From positions 59,708,001 through 59,772,000 of the forward strand of contig NC_045707.1 in the NCBI RefSeq assembly GCF_009834535.1: 64,000 nucleotides of DNA, read 5' to 3'. The stretch is from Camelus ferus. Its lineage: Eukaryota. The position numbers and the translations under genes are program-made. Positions 38,598 through 51,903 of the stretch are shown here, in pieces. The stretch's first letter is position 1, and the number at the start of each line of letters is the position of its first letter. The notes under the pieces are model-generated. The model searched no databases. It had not been told where the DNA came from and saw only the letters and a list, made by a program, of their open reading frames with translations.

Positions 38598-39129
38598 CAG
38601 GTGCCTTGGAGTATTGCGGGTTCAGTTCCAGACCACTCCAATAAAGATGAAGCAAATATCGCAATAAAGAGAATCACGTAAATTTTTTTTTGGTTTCCCA
38701 GTGTATATGAAAGTCATGTTCATACTATACTGTGGTCTCTTCGGTGTGCAATAGCATTATGTCTAAAATAAAATGTATATATCTTAATCAAAATGATTTT
38801 ATTGCTAAAAATGCTAACCATCACTGGAGCCTTCAGTCAATCATAGTCTTTTTGCAATAGTAACATCAAAGATCACTGATCACAGAGCAACATAACAAAC
38901 ACAATAATAATGAAAGTTTGAAATATTGTGAGACTGACCAAAATGTGACATAGAGATATGAGATGAGCAAATGGTGTTGGAAAAATGGAACCAGTAGATT
39001 TGCTCAACACAGGGTTGCCAGAAACCTACAATCTGTAAAAAAAAAAAAAAATGAAAACAACAACAAAAAAACCCAAAACAAAAGACAGTATCTGTGAAGA
39101 GCACTAAAGCAAAGCACAAGGCATGCCTG
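38598..39129. mobile_element. Tigger1-derived non-autonomous DNA transposon (internal deletion)
   Basis: TA|cagg...attgcgggttcagttccagaccac...gcatgcctg|TA: both Tigger1 ends with a TA TSD. Confidence 0.88.
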
Positions 39130-40107
39130 TATGCCGATCTTACTGGAATGGTTGGTTTTATACCCCGTGAGATATTATTTTACTGTTGGTTTCACCCAAC
39201 TCATGGGTAGAAGCCAAAATTTAATTCATACTCTCTGGGTGAGATTTTTCAGTGTTGTGGCAAAATTTCAACCGGAAACCACAAATCTCAGTGGTTTCAT
39301 AAGATTTATCTAAAACTAACACTTATAGTGGAAATAAGTAATGTGACCAACTGCCATTGAAGTGTCATTACAAAACAAAATTTAAGTATGGACTCCAATA
39401 ATTTATTCTCACATATACAAAGTGGCAAAGGCTTCTACCTAAGAGACTTTCTTTTTAATTTATATTTTTCAGAGCCTATTAATTACGTGTGTTTATTAAT
39501 AATTTGAAAAGTTATAAATTCCAATACATACATTATATATCACAACTTAATTTAGTCATTTGAGAAATCCAGTCTCAACAATCACGAAACAAATTGATTC
39601 TGTCTCTTTGTTTCAAAGAGAATAATTGATATTATATAATTACATACACATTTATTAGTGAGGATTGAGAACTCTTTTTGCCTAAAGACAACAATTTTAT
39701 GTTTTACTAGTATATACAATTTCCTTTCTCCAGCAAACTACTTTTTATAATTTAAAGATAAACTGTTTTTACCTCTTAAAAGATACTGTATTTTTACTAT
39801 AAAATAATACATGTTCATTATAATAACATGGAAAATAAAACTGTATAACAAAAAACAATGATTTATAATTTTATCAAAGAGGATCACTAATATTCTTGGT
39901 ATAGTTTCTTCTAGTTTTTATTTTTAAGCACATAGTTTTTTTTAAAGAAATAAATGTTACAATCATACTGATTAAACTCTTAGGTAATCTACTTTATTAA
40001 CTTAGTATAATTAAGAATTTTTTCCTAGGTGATTATTACCTGTTTTCAAACATTCTTTTAAATGACTGTAATATTTCACTAATGATTAACTTAATCCTTG
40101 CTTTCTT

Positions 40108-40150
40108 TTTTCCCTTTTTAAAATTGAAGTATAGTCAATTTACATTGTTG
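40108..40150 (-). mobile_element. Minimal (~43 bp) LINE-1 3'-terminal insertion
   Basis: aaaattgaagtatagtcaatttacattgttg (antisense L1 end) plus T tail, TSD 40092-40107 / 40151-40166. Confidence 0.8.
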
Positions 40151-42929
40151 TAATTCTTGCCTTCTTATTAAACATATGCTTAACCACCAGAATGCTAACT
40201 AGAATTTGAACTGCTGAACTGGATGGATTCCTGTTTCAATAGTGTAAACTTTCTGCTCCTGTTTAGATTCACTCAGAAGCCGTATTTATCAGTGGTTCAA
40301 TCCCAGAGCATGGCTTTAATGGGCTGAGAGATCGATGATTCTGACAGGGTCATACAGGTAGAGGACCCTCTTATGGAGGTTATCACCACCCTTCTACTGA
40401 ACAAATGACTGACTGATGGAACGAGCCCCCCACAATCAATAACTGGAGTTTGCTTCCTACCATCTGATAACCTGCAGAAATTCAATAAAAAATGTATATG
40501 TTTATGCCTTTGTGTATTTTTCTAGAGAGGGACCATAGGTTTCATCAAATTGTCAAGAAGTCCATAACTTACCAAAAAGTATTTAGCTATTAAATGCAGG
40601 AAGAGTTCAACACATAGCAAAAAAAAAAATTAATAATTTGTTATATGACATGTCTATCCTATTATCATATTTTCCTTTTCTGTGAGATTAAAACTGCTTG
40701 TTTTTGTTTACATGTTTATAAAATGTCACCAGCCTGGAATTTGCCCCATCTGCTCTCAATCTAGTTTTCCTTGGTCAGACACACATGGCAGATGAAATTC
40801 ACATGTTAACACACTAGTAAGGTGTCTGTGAATGGTCGAGTAGATTATGCCTTCCGCAGTAATTTCTGGCCTGAGAGAGATGGGAACTACAATCCTTGCC
40901 ACACTCTGAGGACAAAAATATTGGGTTGTATCCTCTAAGGGGACAGAATGTCCTTTTTTACACCATGAAAAGGTACCACATGGGTTGGCAGCAGTCATGT
41001 ATACACACAAGGACAAACTTCCGTTGACATGCTACCCAGCATTAGATGTAAATTTACCTCTTTTATCAAACTTAAGAAAGTGAACAATGGTCTTATTTAA
41101 GATCTCTTTATAAGGACCATCAAGTAATAATCAAAACATGCAAAAATGTAAATATTTTGCTATTATTACTTATGTTTGGTAACAAAAATATTCGCATCTA
41201 TGACTGACCTCGTAATATACTAGGATGCAGTGCTACTGTGATAAGAAAAATGTCAACTAGCATAGATTTTGGAAGTTGCTTATTCATTTATTTTTAATCT
41301 TACCTGTTGCCAAAGTTCTAAGGTGTTCTATATAGTTATACATGAAATGAAACAAGAAATAAATTTTTAATAAATTGATGAAGAAATAGATCAGAGGGAA
41401 ATGAGAATTAGATAAGATAAAGTCAGAAGTGAAGTTGATAGACAGGTATATCTTGCAGGTTGAGATCCACTAGAGCTTGGTTATAAATTTAAATTAACTT
41501 TTGCAAGAGACAGTTTAAATTGACAAACAGAGAGAGAGATTTTTTAAGCATAATATCCATGTTTAAAGCCACCAGCTCCTGGTGTAGTGTGGTGCAAATT
41601 TACTTATTTTATTCATAAGATAAAATCAGTCATTTGTTCACAGTGGAAGCACAACTAATCCTGGTACTAAGACCAGACAGAAATTTCCCCCCAAGTGTCT
41701 TTCCGAGGAATACTCTGTGATATATAAATACAGTGAACAGAACTACATGTTTCATAGGTCTTTAATTTTTAACTTCCTCAATGTAGACTGTTGGATTCAC
41801 AATACATTAATATTCAGAAAATTGTACTTTAACAGAGATGAGAACAATGTGGTTTGAGGTATCAGTTACCAGCCTATTGTAATCAGAGGAAGATTTGAGT
41901 CAATTTCAATGTATGGTTTCAAAGCGGTCATCTGCTTGCAGACACCAACCTGCAGAAGTGTTTTGCAGACTGAGGAATAACTGTCTCTTAGATTGGAATG
42001 TAACCTCCAGGATGCCACAGGTCACATATTTGTCTTTTTTTCAATTTTGTTACTTCCTTGACTTCCCTAGTCCTTTAAGTTTGTAATCACCAGTCTAGAG
42101 GGGTGAATGCTCTGCACCTCCTTCAAGGAATCCTCCATAAACACTCTCATTCCAGCTTTGGATAAGCATCTGGAGCAGTGACATCAAAATAATATGCTCT
42201 GAGAAGTGCCTTGAATACAGCTAATATAGGTTGCTGAATGAGCAGTGATAATACAGGAAAACAGTATGACCAGCATCAACTTAGGAAGGCTAATGAAGCC
42301 CACCCCACCTCTTCATGGGCAATGACTGGATAACTGTAGGCACTTCCTGTTAGACCTTTCCCAATTTGTGAGATTAGAACCATCTGAGCATCAGAGTGGA
42401 AGATGGCATGTTTACTCCTTCTAGTCTCTATAACTGTGTAGGCAACTAAGCAGACCCGAGGAAGAAAATAATAACTAGAAATTGCTATATAATTCCCAGG
42501 AAAATTATTCCATTCACATTAATTCAGTAACATTGATGCAAAAATGTGTGAACTCAAGCATTTTTAACCCATGACCAATTTCTGATCGTGAGCTTAACTG
42601 GCAAGGTAAGTACAACAAAAACTTAAGTTTTCGGCAACATAAGAAAAGGTATAATAGCGCTTGATTGTAGAATAATCATATCTAATGCTTACCAGCTCTT
42701 GAGATAGAAAAGCTGCTTGTGAATTTGCCAACTCCTACTGCTTTTTTGTTCATTAACATAACAGCAGGGGTTGGTTGATATAAATTTGAAAATAGCACGT
42801 AGTGTAATTACATAATTAAAAAGATGAATGTCAAAGTTATATATTATGTACGCTGGCAAAAACAGAATATAAAGTTGTCAAAATACATACTTGAGTTAGT
42901 ATTTGATAATTATTCTATTAAAATTGCAC

Positions 42930-43195
42930 CTCCCCATATACTCCCCAACAGCATTCTCTATTTGCCTTTCCTGCCTTATATTTCTCCACAGCTCTTACCA
43001 TCATCTAACATTATGTATTTTGTATGAAGTATCTTACTTATGCATCTTATTCTCTGGCTCCCACAGTAGATTTAAACTCCATTAGGACAATAATTATCTT
43101 TCCACTTCATCAAGACAGGGTCTATATATCTCCAACAAGTGTAAATGTTCCTAGCACTTAGTAAGTATTCAATACATATCTATGAATTATTAAAC
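42930..43195 (+). mobile_element. L2 3' remnant
   Basis: ctcccacagtagatttaaactccattaggaca...cctagcacttagtaagtattcaatacatatctatgaat. Confidence 0.7.
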
Positions 43196-44379
43196 AGAAT
43201 GATTTGTAGTCTGTTTTCTTTAAAACATATAAAAGACTTTGCAAAAACTAAAATCAACTAATAGAGACATCAAATAGAATTTTCCAGTGGAAGATGTTAT
43301 TGTTTATATTGCTTCTCTTTTGAAATCTTGGTGGTAACAATTACAGCCTTTATGCTTCTCTCTACAATAATTTCAATACATTCTTATCTCTGAGGATCAT
43401 CACTAGGGGAAACAACAAAAACATGATGGTTCTGGCAAAGGGGGTTCTGATAAGATGATATAGTAAATGGTCAACACTTTGGGGGAAAACAATCTCTGCT
43501 TATTTATTACTGAAGTGCATGCTAACCAGATACCTATCTCTTAATGAGGTCACAGCCATGTCATTGGATGGCTTTGTCGTCAATAGAACTCATCTGTTTC
43601 TGCCATCTAGGATGATTAAATCTTAGAAAACAGCCTATTTTTGCATCATTACAATTTCTTCCCATAATATATATGCTATTGAAATGTCCAGATTTATCTG
43701 TTGTCCATGAAGAGTCATAATGCAAACAATTAAAGAAGACTGGAACAGCTGGTAGGAAAGACCAGCAATCTGTTTAGTTCATTAAGTCAGGTCTGGTTGC
43801 TATCATGTAACATGTGTGTCCCACAAGCACATTTTGGCCATCAGCAGTCATCCTAAACCTCAGTAAGAATTCAACACAGATTCCAACTGCTTGAACCATC
43901 AAGGATTTTCCTTTTAAAACAGCTTCTCATGTGACTGTGAGTTTACCCATTGAAATAGAACCTCTCCAACCAAGAAGAATTGAAACTTAAGATTAAAGGA
44001 GAGCAAACCAAAAACTCAGTTCAGCTTTCGATATGAAAATGACTAGCATCTCCTTACTAATTTTGCTCAGTGATGTCAAGGTCAGTTTTAACATTATTTA
44101 TCATTAGCCTTAGCAAGGATTCGATTCTGAGAGTTCCTTTATGGAAGGGCATACATTCATAAAAGGAATGACAAGTAAAGTCAAAGTCAAAGATTTATGA
44201 ATAAAAATACTTAGTTTGGTGATAACTCATTGCCTTTTCCTAATTAGCAAAAGATTTCAAAATTAAAGTAATCTCTCCTTACTTTTCTTTTGAAATCATC
44301 TTTGTGTTTTGTCATCTGTTGCTTAAAGTACAAAACATACAAAGATTTTGAAAAGCCTTCACAGAATCAGTATACCTTA

Positions 44380-44605
44380 GAGATCAGGCAGACTTGAGTT
44401 TAAATACTGGTTTGGACCCTGTTACCACTGTCACCTAGAGCAAGTTACACAACCTTTCTAAGCCCCCACATTCTTATCTATATATAGAACTAATAATGTT
44501 ATCAAATTCAGGCTTGATGTAAGGTTTTAAAGGAGATTATCATGCAAAACCTTTAGCACAGTGGTACATCACAAAAGAATGATAAATATTGGGTATTATT
44601 AGTAG
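44380..44605 (+). mobile_element. MIR SINE
   Basis: gacttgagtttaaat...gagcaagttacacaacctttctaagcc...tttagcacagtg. Confidence 0.7.
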
Positions 44606-46124
44606 GTACCAATTTTGAATACATGGTATTAACTTTTCATACTTGATCACATGCAAGGCTAATCTAAGTCCAAATGGTAAAGTCTTAGACATCATGTAAA
44701 ATCAAGGAAGAGTGGGCAGGCTCCAGAAGCCATGGTGTAGGTGTGACTGTCAGGCTATCATGAACCACTCAGACCTGAAGCTCTTGGCAACTGTTGAGAT
44801 AAGCCGCCTCCAGGTCAAATTCAACTTGCCAGATCTCTCAAGAGCTCTAAAGTCATTCAGCCAAAATGACAAAATGACACTTTCCTGGTTACTTGGGAGA
44901 TCAACTTGTTGATTGGCCCATTTCCTTGACATGCTCAATCCCAGTGACATCCAAGTCCAGGGCCACTTCAGCAGGGACCTCTGGGAGGTCTCTAACTCTG
45001 ACTTCTCTTTATTTAGAAGTGCTCCATCTCTGAGATTGCAAATTGACAATCTGCTCTCCTCCTACAGTCATTTTAGCATTCTCATTTCTGATTTCTTCAG
45101 TCCTATTTATATTTTCCTCAGTGCCATTATTCTTTCTCATAAACTAGAAGAAGCCCCACACCTCCAGGCTCTTAATACCTCCAATGTCAAAAAAAAAAAA
45201 AAAAAAAAAAAAGATAAAATAAAATTGAGAACTCTACCATGAACAACTCTCTTGTTTCTTGTTTTCATGTGCTTGATGGCCTCTCAATGCAACATATCCA
45301 AATTCAAACCCATTATCTTCTTTAAAAAGATAATTGCTCCTTCTTATTTATTTCCTTAACTCTATTTAAAAAAAAATTAACCCAAATATCCTAGTTACTG
45401 ATCAAGCATTCATTTCATTACACATAGTAATGATAAGGTACTATCTCAAAATAGGAACTAATTAATAATTTTCACTGCCAGGTTAATTGGAAAAAAAATC
45501 AATACAGGGTATGCTCAGTTAAGGTCTAATAGTAATGATTGTAAAGTCATTTTGAAAATCACTTTCTTGTTGAGACATCTGACTTTCTGTGATGACAAAA
45601 TATTGGCATCAAAAGCATTAATTTAATAATAAAAGTAAACCATTTTAGTTGAGATTATTACTAAATTATTATAATGATTCAAGTTTTACTTGACTAATTT
45701 ATAAAACTACAATAATTTTTGTTTAATTAACCCATGATCAGAATTGTCTCTTCAAACATTCCTGTGACTTTTCTTTGATGGATGTACTATTTACTCTTTC
45801 AGGGCAAGGAAATGTACAGAAAAAGTTTCAGATGTCAAAGTAGTTATCCGGCTAACCATACAAAACAGATCAACATTTCTCTTTTCAAATACACTAACTG
45901 CTGCACTGTCAGAAAATGCTTCTGACAGATGGCATGGCTGCTCTGGGATCAGTGCTCTTCTGTTAGTTATTACTGACAAACTGGGCATTTTACATACGTC
46001 TGAAGTTATACTAGAAATTATATTTGAAACCTTGGAAGCTATATATAGTGGTACTTTATATCAAATGTGATTTATATCAAACACATATTTGACTAAGAAT
46101 TATTTCATAAATACGCAGCAACTA

Positions 46125-46350
46125 TATGCAGTAGCTTAAAACAGAGGTTCTGAAGCTGACCTGCTGGATTTCAACTTAGCCTAAGTTCTTTACTATATCA
46201 GTGACCCCATGCAGATTATTTAACCTCTCTATTCCTGTTTCCTCAACTGTAAGATGGCAATGAAATAATACTGACCTCAAAGGTATTTTTAAAGAGAATT
46301 AGATACATTAACTCATATAGAAGACTTAAAACACTTTCTTGTTTATAGTA
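46125..46350 (+). mobile_element. MIR SINE
   Basis: gtgacccc...ttaacctctctattcctgtttcctcaactgtaagatgg. Confidence 0.7.
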
Positions 46351-46784
46351 AATTTTCATAGTAAATTTTCCTATTAGTATTAGGTAAAGGTATTACCAAT
46401 AAGCAAAATTAACTTCAGGAAGAAGAGAATCACCAATATTCATTAGGCATCTGTCATCTGCCACATTTGTGCTGGCTACTTTAACCAGATCATCTCAAGT
46501 GGTTCTCACAACAGACTTGTAGAAATTGCACCTACCCACAATGAAGAGGTCAAAATTAAGACTTAGTTCAAGTAACTTAGGTAAAGATACAAAACTACCA
46601 TACAAGAAGCCAAGATTGGAAACTACTCCTCTGATCCTCTGACTTTCTACCACATTTCCTACTAGTCATTTCACCCCTTTTAATAAAATTTTTACTTGCT
46701 TAATTTCAGTATCCTTGAATTTTTAGCTGGACTACATCTTGAATATAATCTATAAAATTGTCATCTTTAAACATAGGAGAAGAG

Positions 46785-48285
46785 AGACTACACCCTTCAC
46801 AAAAATAAACTCAAAATGAATCACCGTCATAAATGTGAAATACAAAACTATAAAACTCTTGGAAGATAATATAGGAAAAAATGTAGATGATCTTCAGTAT
46901 GGTGATACATTTTTAGATACAACAAATACACAGATATAAAAAAAAATCATTGATAAGATGGACTTCTTTAAAATTAAAAACTGCTCTGGGAAGAAGATAA
47001 GCCACAGACTAAGGGAAAATATTGTAAAAGATGTATCTGATAAAGGACTTCTATCCAAAACATACAAAGAACTCTTAAAACTCAACAACAAGAAAGCAAA
47101 CTACCCAGTTAAAAAAAAAAAAAAAAGAAATCAAAAGACACAGAATGGCAGATAGGATTAAAAAACAAGAACCTACAATATACTGCCTACAAGAAGCTCA
47201 CTTCAGGGTAAAGGCACATACCAACTGAAAGTGAGAGGATGGAAAAGATATTTAATGCAAATGGAAGTAACAAGAAAGCAGGGGTAGCAATGCTCATATA
47301 AGATAAAACAGATTTTAAAACAAAGGCCATAAGAAAAAGAATGGGCCAAGGGCCTTAACAGTACCTCACCAAAGAAAATACATGGATAGCAAATAAGCAT
47401 ATGAAAAGATGCTCCACATCATATGTCATCAGGAAAATGCAAATGAAAACAACTAGATACTACTATATACCTATTAGAATGGCCAAAATCTGAAGCGCTA
47501 ACACCACCAAATGTTGGGGATGATATGGAGCCGCAGAAACTGTCATGCAAAACTGATGGAAATACAAAATAGTACAGTCACTATGGAAGGCAGTTTGGTA
47601 GTATTTTACAAAATGAAACATACACCCCCATCCAATCACCAATAACTCTCCTTGATATTTACCCAAAGGAGTTGAAAACTGATGTCTGCACAAAAACCTG
47701 CATGTGAAATTTTTGCATCAGCTTTATTCATAACTGCCAAAAGTTGGAAGCAATCAAGATGTACTTCAGTAGATGAATGGATAAATAAATTCTGGTACAT
47801 CCAGACAATGGGCTATTATTCAGCATTTAAAAAAAAATGATCTGTCAAGACATAAAGGAAACTTAACCACATATTAATAAGTGAAAGAAGCCCACCTGAG
47901 AAGCCTATATATTATATAATTCCAACTATATGACATTCTATAAGGAGTAGAACTAGAAAGACAATAAAAGATCAGTGGTTTCAGAGGGTTGAAGGGAGGG
48001 GAGATGAAAATACTCTGTATAATACAATGATGGCTATGTTATTATACATTTTTCTAAATCCACTGAAGGTACAACAAGAGTCAACCCTTAGGTAAACTAT
48101 GGACTTTGAGTGATTGTCAACATAGGTTCATCCTTGGTAAAAAATGTACCATTCTGGTGAGTGATGTTGATAAAACGAGTGAGATTATGAATGTGTGGGG
48201 ACAGAGGGTATATGGGCAATCTCTATACCTCTCTCAATTTTATTGTAAATCTGAAACTGCTCTAAAAATGTATTTTTTAAAAAGG
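46785..48285 (+). mobile_element. Old LINE-1 (L1MC/MB-like) ORF2 end and 3'UTR, with a nested L1 fragment
   Basis: aaactcaaaatgaatc...gtatctgataaaggacttctatccaaaac...tgtaaatctgaaactgctctaaaa. Confidence 0.9.
47130..47340 (+). mobile_element. Nested fragment of an L1 ORF2 endonuclease-coding region
   Basis: Translates to IKRHRMADRIKKQEPTIYCLQEAHFR / LKVRGW / ANGSNKKAGVAMLI*DKTDFKTK (frameshifted). Confidence 0.85.
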
Positions 48286-50263
48286 AGGAGGAGAATGAAG
48301 CTTAGAGAGTTTAAATGACTTGTCCTGAGGTCATGTGGCTATCCTATTTCTTTCTTTCTTCAGCTATCAGTGTTTTTTTTTTTTAACATACTAAAACCAT
48401 CCTCTTTGAATGTTAAAAACATTCTCTTGGCCATTATCCATATTAGACAGCAATTTGATGAATATGTATGAGGCCATGATGACTGGGGAATGAAAGGGCC
48501 GGCCACTAAGTAAAGTGTTGAGCCAGGTTCTGAGACTGAGATAAAAAGAATAGCTTTGCTGGTGGATTACAGTTGTGCCAAAGGGGGAGTTAAGTTTCAT
48601 CTGGAAAGGAAATGAAGAAAGAGAAAAAGGTGGTGTTGATGTCTAAAGGAACTGACAGATTTTCCACACCTCCTTTAAAAGTAATTATAATCTCTTTTAC
48701 TTCCTGTATCTTCACCGTCTTCCTTTCCTTCTAGATCTTCTTCCTTGTGCGATAACTGTGATCTAAGTTTTTCTATCTGGGAGGGGAAAAAATGGCCTGT
48801 CTGGATAAGACCTCAGTTGCCATTTCCTTGTACTTTACTCCTTCAAGAAATTTGACCATTCAACATCTCTTCTTTCTCACATCCGTTAAATTTCTCAGTC
48901 TGTGACAGTTTTTCTTTCCCAACCCATCAGCTGACATAGATCTTGCTCAACATTCAGTAATCATTTCACATTCTCATCTGGCTTCATGTCCCTCCTTCAA
49001 AGTTCACTGCTGATTCTTTCCTCCTTCATTACATTTTTCTCTTCTTATTTCTGTTACGATTTTCTCTTGGTTCTTCCCCTTCTCTCATGCTTCAGTCTTG
49101 GTATCCTCTCCCTATCTAGCCAGTTTCCTCAGGTTTCATTGTTGGCCTTTTTTCAACTCTCAGTCTGTATGCCTATCTTGAATTTCCTTTTCTTCCACTG
49201 CACCCTCTCTACCTTTCCAGCCTCAGCTCCTACCATCTCCCATGTGAACGCTAGGCTCCAGCCATACCGTTTTTCCAATATCCTATGTTCTTTCAGAACC
49301 AAATGCCTTTGTTCATGCTACTTCTTTTACTTCTCACGGCCCTTTTCTTCTTTGGCTTACTGGTAACTTAGCTTAAAAATCATCTTAACTGAATGCCAAA
49401 AACACAGTCAGCTGCTGTTGCTTCTGTATTTTCATATTCCTCTGCAGCATCTATTACCTTCTTCTGTAATTGCACTTCTACTCCAGCAGAATGTACTCTT
49501 CAAAGGCAGCTCCTTGAAACAGCTCATTTATCTTCATAGCCTAAATAACTGGCATGATACCGAGAATTCAGCAGACTTTTCCACAATTAGTTTTTGATAG
49601 TCTGATCAGAGAGCAAATTTGGAGTCATGGGTTCAGCAGGTGACATTGACATTTAGAGAGGCACTAGAACCCAGCGAGGAGGCCGAGGTGGCTGGAAAAG
49701 GGATTTGTGGCTGAGGGTCTCAGAAAGGTCAGAGAACCTTGGAGTCTGAGGAATTCAGGTCTGGCAGCAAGACTGTTGTCAGAAGTCTTCTTTCAGCTCA
49801 GGGTATGAAAATGCTGTGCTCTTCCAACAAGATGTGCATAAAGAAGCAAGTTTAAAAGATTAGGATTTCTGGGGATTTCCACTTTCCAAATACCATTTTT
49901 TAAAATTTAATAGCCTTCATAATGTTTTATGTTCAAGAAAACTTTAAAGCAGTTTTCCTAACCTAGCATAATTGACGACACACCATTAAGAGATTTTACA
50001 AGAGGGCATGGGGAGGACCGGCTTGCTAATGGGTACACAGATACTTTCTAGATAAGGTATATGTTACATGAACTGGGATAGCTTCCAAAACAATGACCCA
50101 GTCTTGCTTTCATAAGTGTCACTGATACACTGACATAAATAGGCGGAAATGTATGTACCTATTCACTCCATTTATAAATGAGAATTCGGTTAGCTAATTC
50201 AGAGGTAGAGACCTCCTGTAAGAGGGTGAAATAGTTAAAGCAGAATAAAATGCAATACTGCCG

Positions 50264-50828
50264 TGTGGGAAAGCAAGATTTACCACCCCAAAACATGTCC
50301 TTTGGCATGTGGATTATTTCCAGCTTTATAACAATCAAGGCCCAAAAAAATCAGGAAGGAACTTCTGACCTTCCCCCTGGCTGCCTAAAAGAATGTAGAT
50401 AGAGGAAGTATTCCAGGAAAGAAACTGTCACCACAGATAATCATAGCATGAAATAGGTATGGTAGACAGGGAGGCGTCTAGCAAAGTCTGTTTGTTAAAA
50501 TTTCTCTGTGTTCCATTATCTCTACACGGACCAGCTAACATTTGTTTACCAAGCGTTTGCTCATTGGTCTCCACGTGAATTGCCTTATTCTCCTTTAAGG
50601 TCCCAAACCACAACCTCCAACATTCTCCTTTGGCTTTAGCTGAAGATGCCATTTAAGGTGACAGCTTTGGCTGTTTTGGCGAGTTAATTTTCCTGAGTCT
50701 CTCCAATGTATACAAGTTATTAAACTTTTGTCTGATGTTCTCCTACCCATATGTCTCAGGTCAATTTAATTCTCGGACCAGCCAGAAGAACCTAGGAAGG
50801 GTAGAAGAAAATTTCTTCCTTCTTGACA
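50264..50828 (+). mobile_element. MER34/MER39-like ERV1 solo LTR
   Basis: tg...ccaccccaaaacatgtcctttggcatgtggattattt...gtcaatttaattctc...ttcttgaca; ends resemble the 33831 LTR. Confidence 0.8.
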
Positions 50829-51583
50829 GTCAACAAGAATGAAATATTTGACTGGATTTAAAAACAGTATGAAAAATAAAATTAAAACAATGTAAAACAC
50901 CAATTTAATACAAGTCTATATTTTTAAAATCCCATGAAGTAATGATGAAAAATGTATTTCAGGTCCAAATCAACAAAATATCAACTTAAATGAGGTTACA
51001 TTCTATTTTGGAACTCGATTAAAGTGATCTTAAAACACTTTAAGATTAAATTTGTCTTGAAATCCCCAAATATATAAAGCAGTTCATTTTTATCTTCTTT
51101 TCAAAATAACCAATGACTGGTCTCAGTTACAAAATGGCCAGGGTCCTCTGTACCAAAATGTGTACCAAAATAACTATGATTGCCTATGTGGTAATATTTG
51201 CATTTGATGAGTGACAACTGGGCTGATTTTATTGATTTTGAACAGATTCTATTACTTACTATATAAATGCCAAACAAACATATAAACAATGCAGATGACA
51301 GTGTGTACAACTTAATTAGGAAAGACACTGCCCAGCACAGATGGTCCCACTCAGAAAAGAACAGCATATAAAATGTTGTTATACTTCAGAAAGCATTCAT
51401 CCACTGTGGGAATAGTTGAAGAAATTGAGAAGGACAAGAAAAGATGACAGAAATGAGAAGAAAACTTTTTACATAATGTAACAGCTATTATGGGTAATGC
51501 CACTTTTAACAACCAGGCAAGTGAGGCCCCTGTCCTGGGCCCCAGTCCTCAGGGACTCCCACACTTAAAGTGCCTTCCTTGAA

Positions 51584-51903
51584 TTTTTTTTTCTTTTTAA
51601 AATAGCTTTATTGAGGTATTACTGGTATACAAGAAACTGCACATACCTAATGTACACAGTCTGATGAGTTTAGACATGTGCTTAGACAGGGAACCATTAC
51701 CACAAGCTAACAGATGTATCTTTCACTTCCAAAAGTTTCCTTCCCTTCTCTGTGTGTATGGATGTATGTGTGTGGTAAGAACATTTAATATAAAATCCAT
51801 CTACTTGATCAATTTTTAAGTGTGCAATACATTATTATCAACTATAGGCGCTATGTTACACAGCAGATTTCTAGAACTTACTCCTCTTGCATAACTAAAA
51901 CTG
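51584..51903 (-). mobile_element. LINE-1 3' end (L1MA/MB-like)
   Basis: T tract, atagctttattgaggtat...cagatttctagaacttactcctcttgcataact. Confidence 0.8.
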
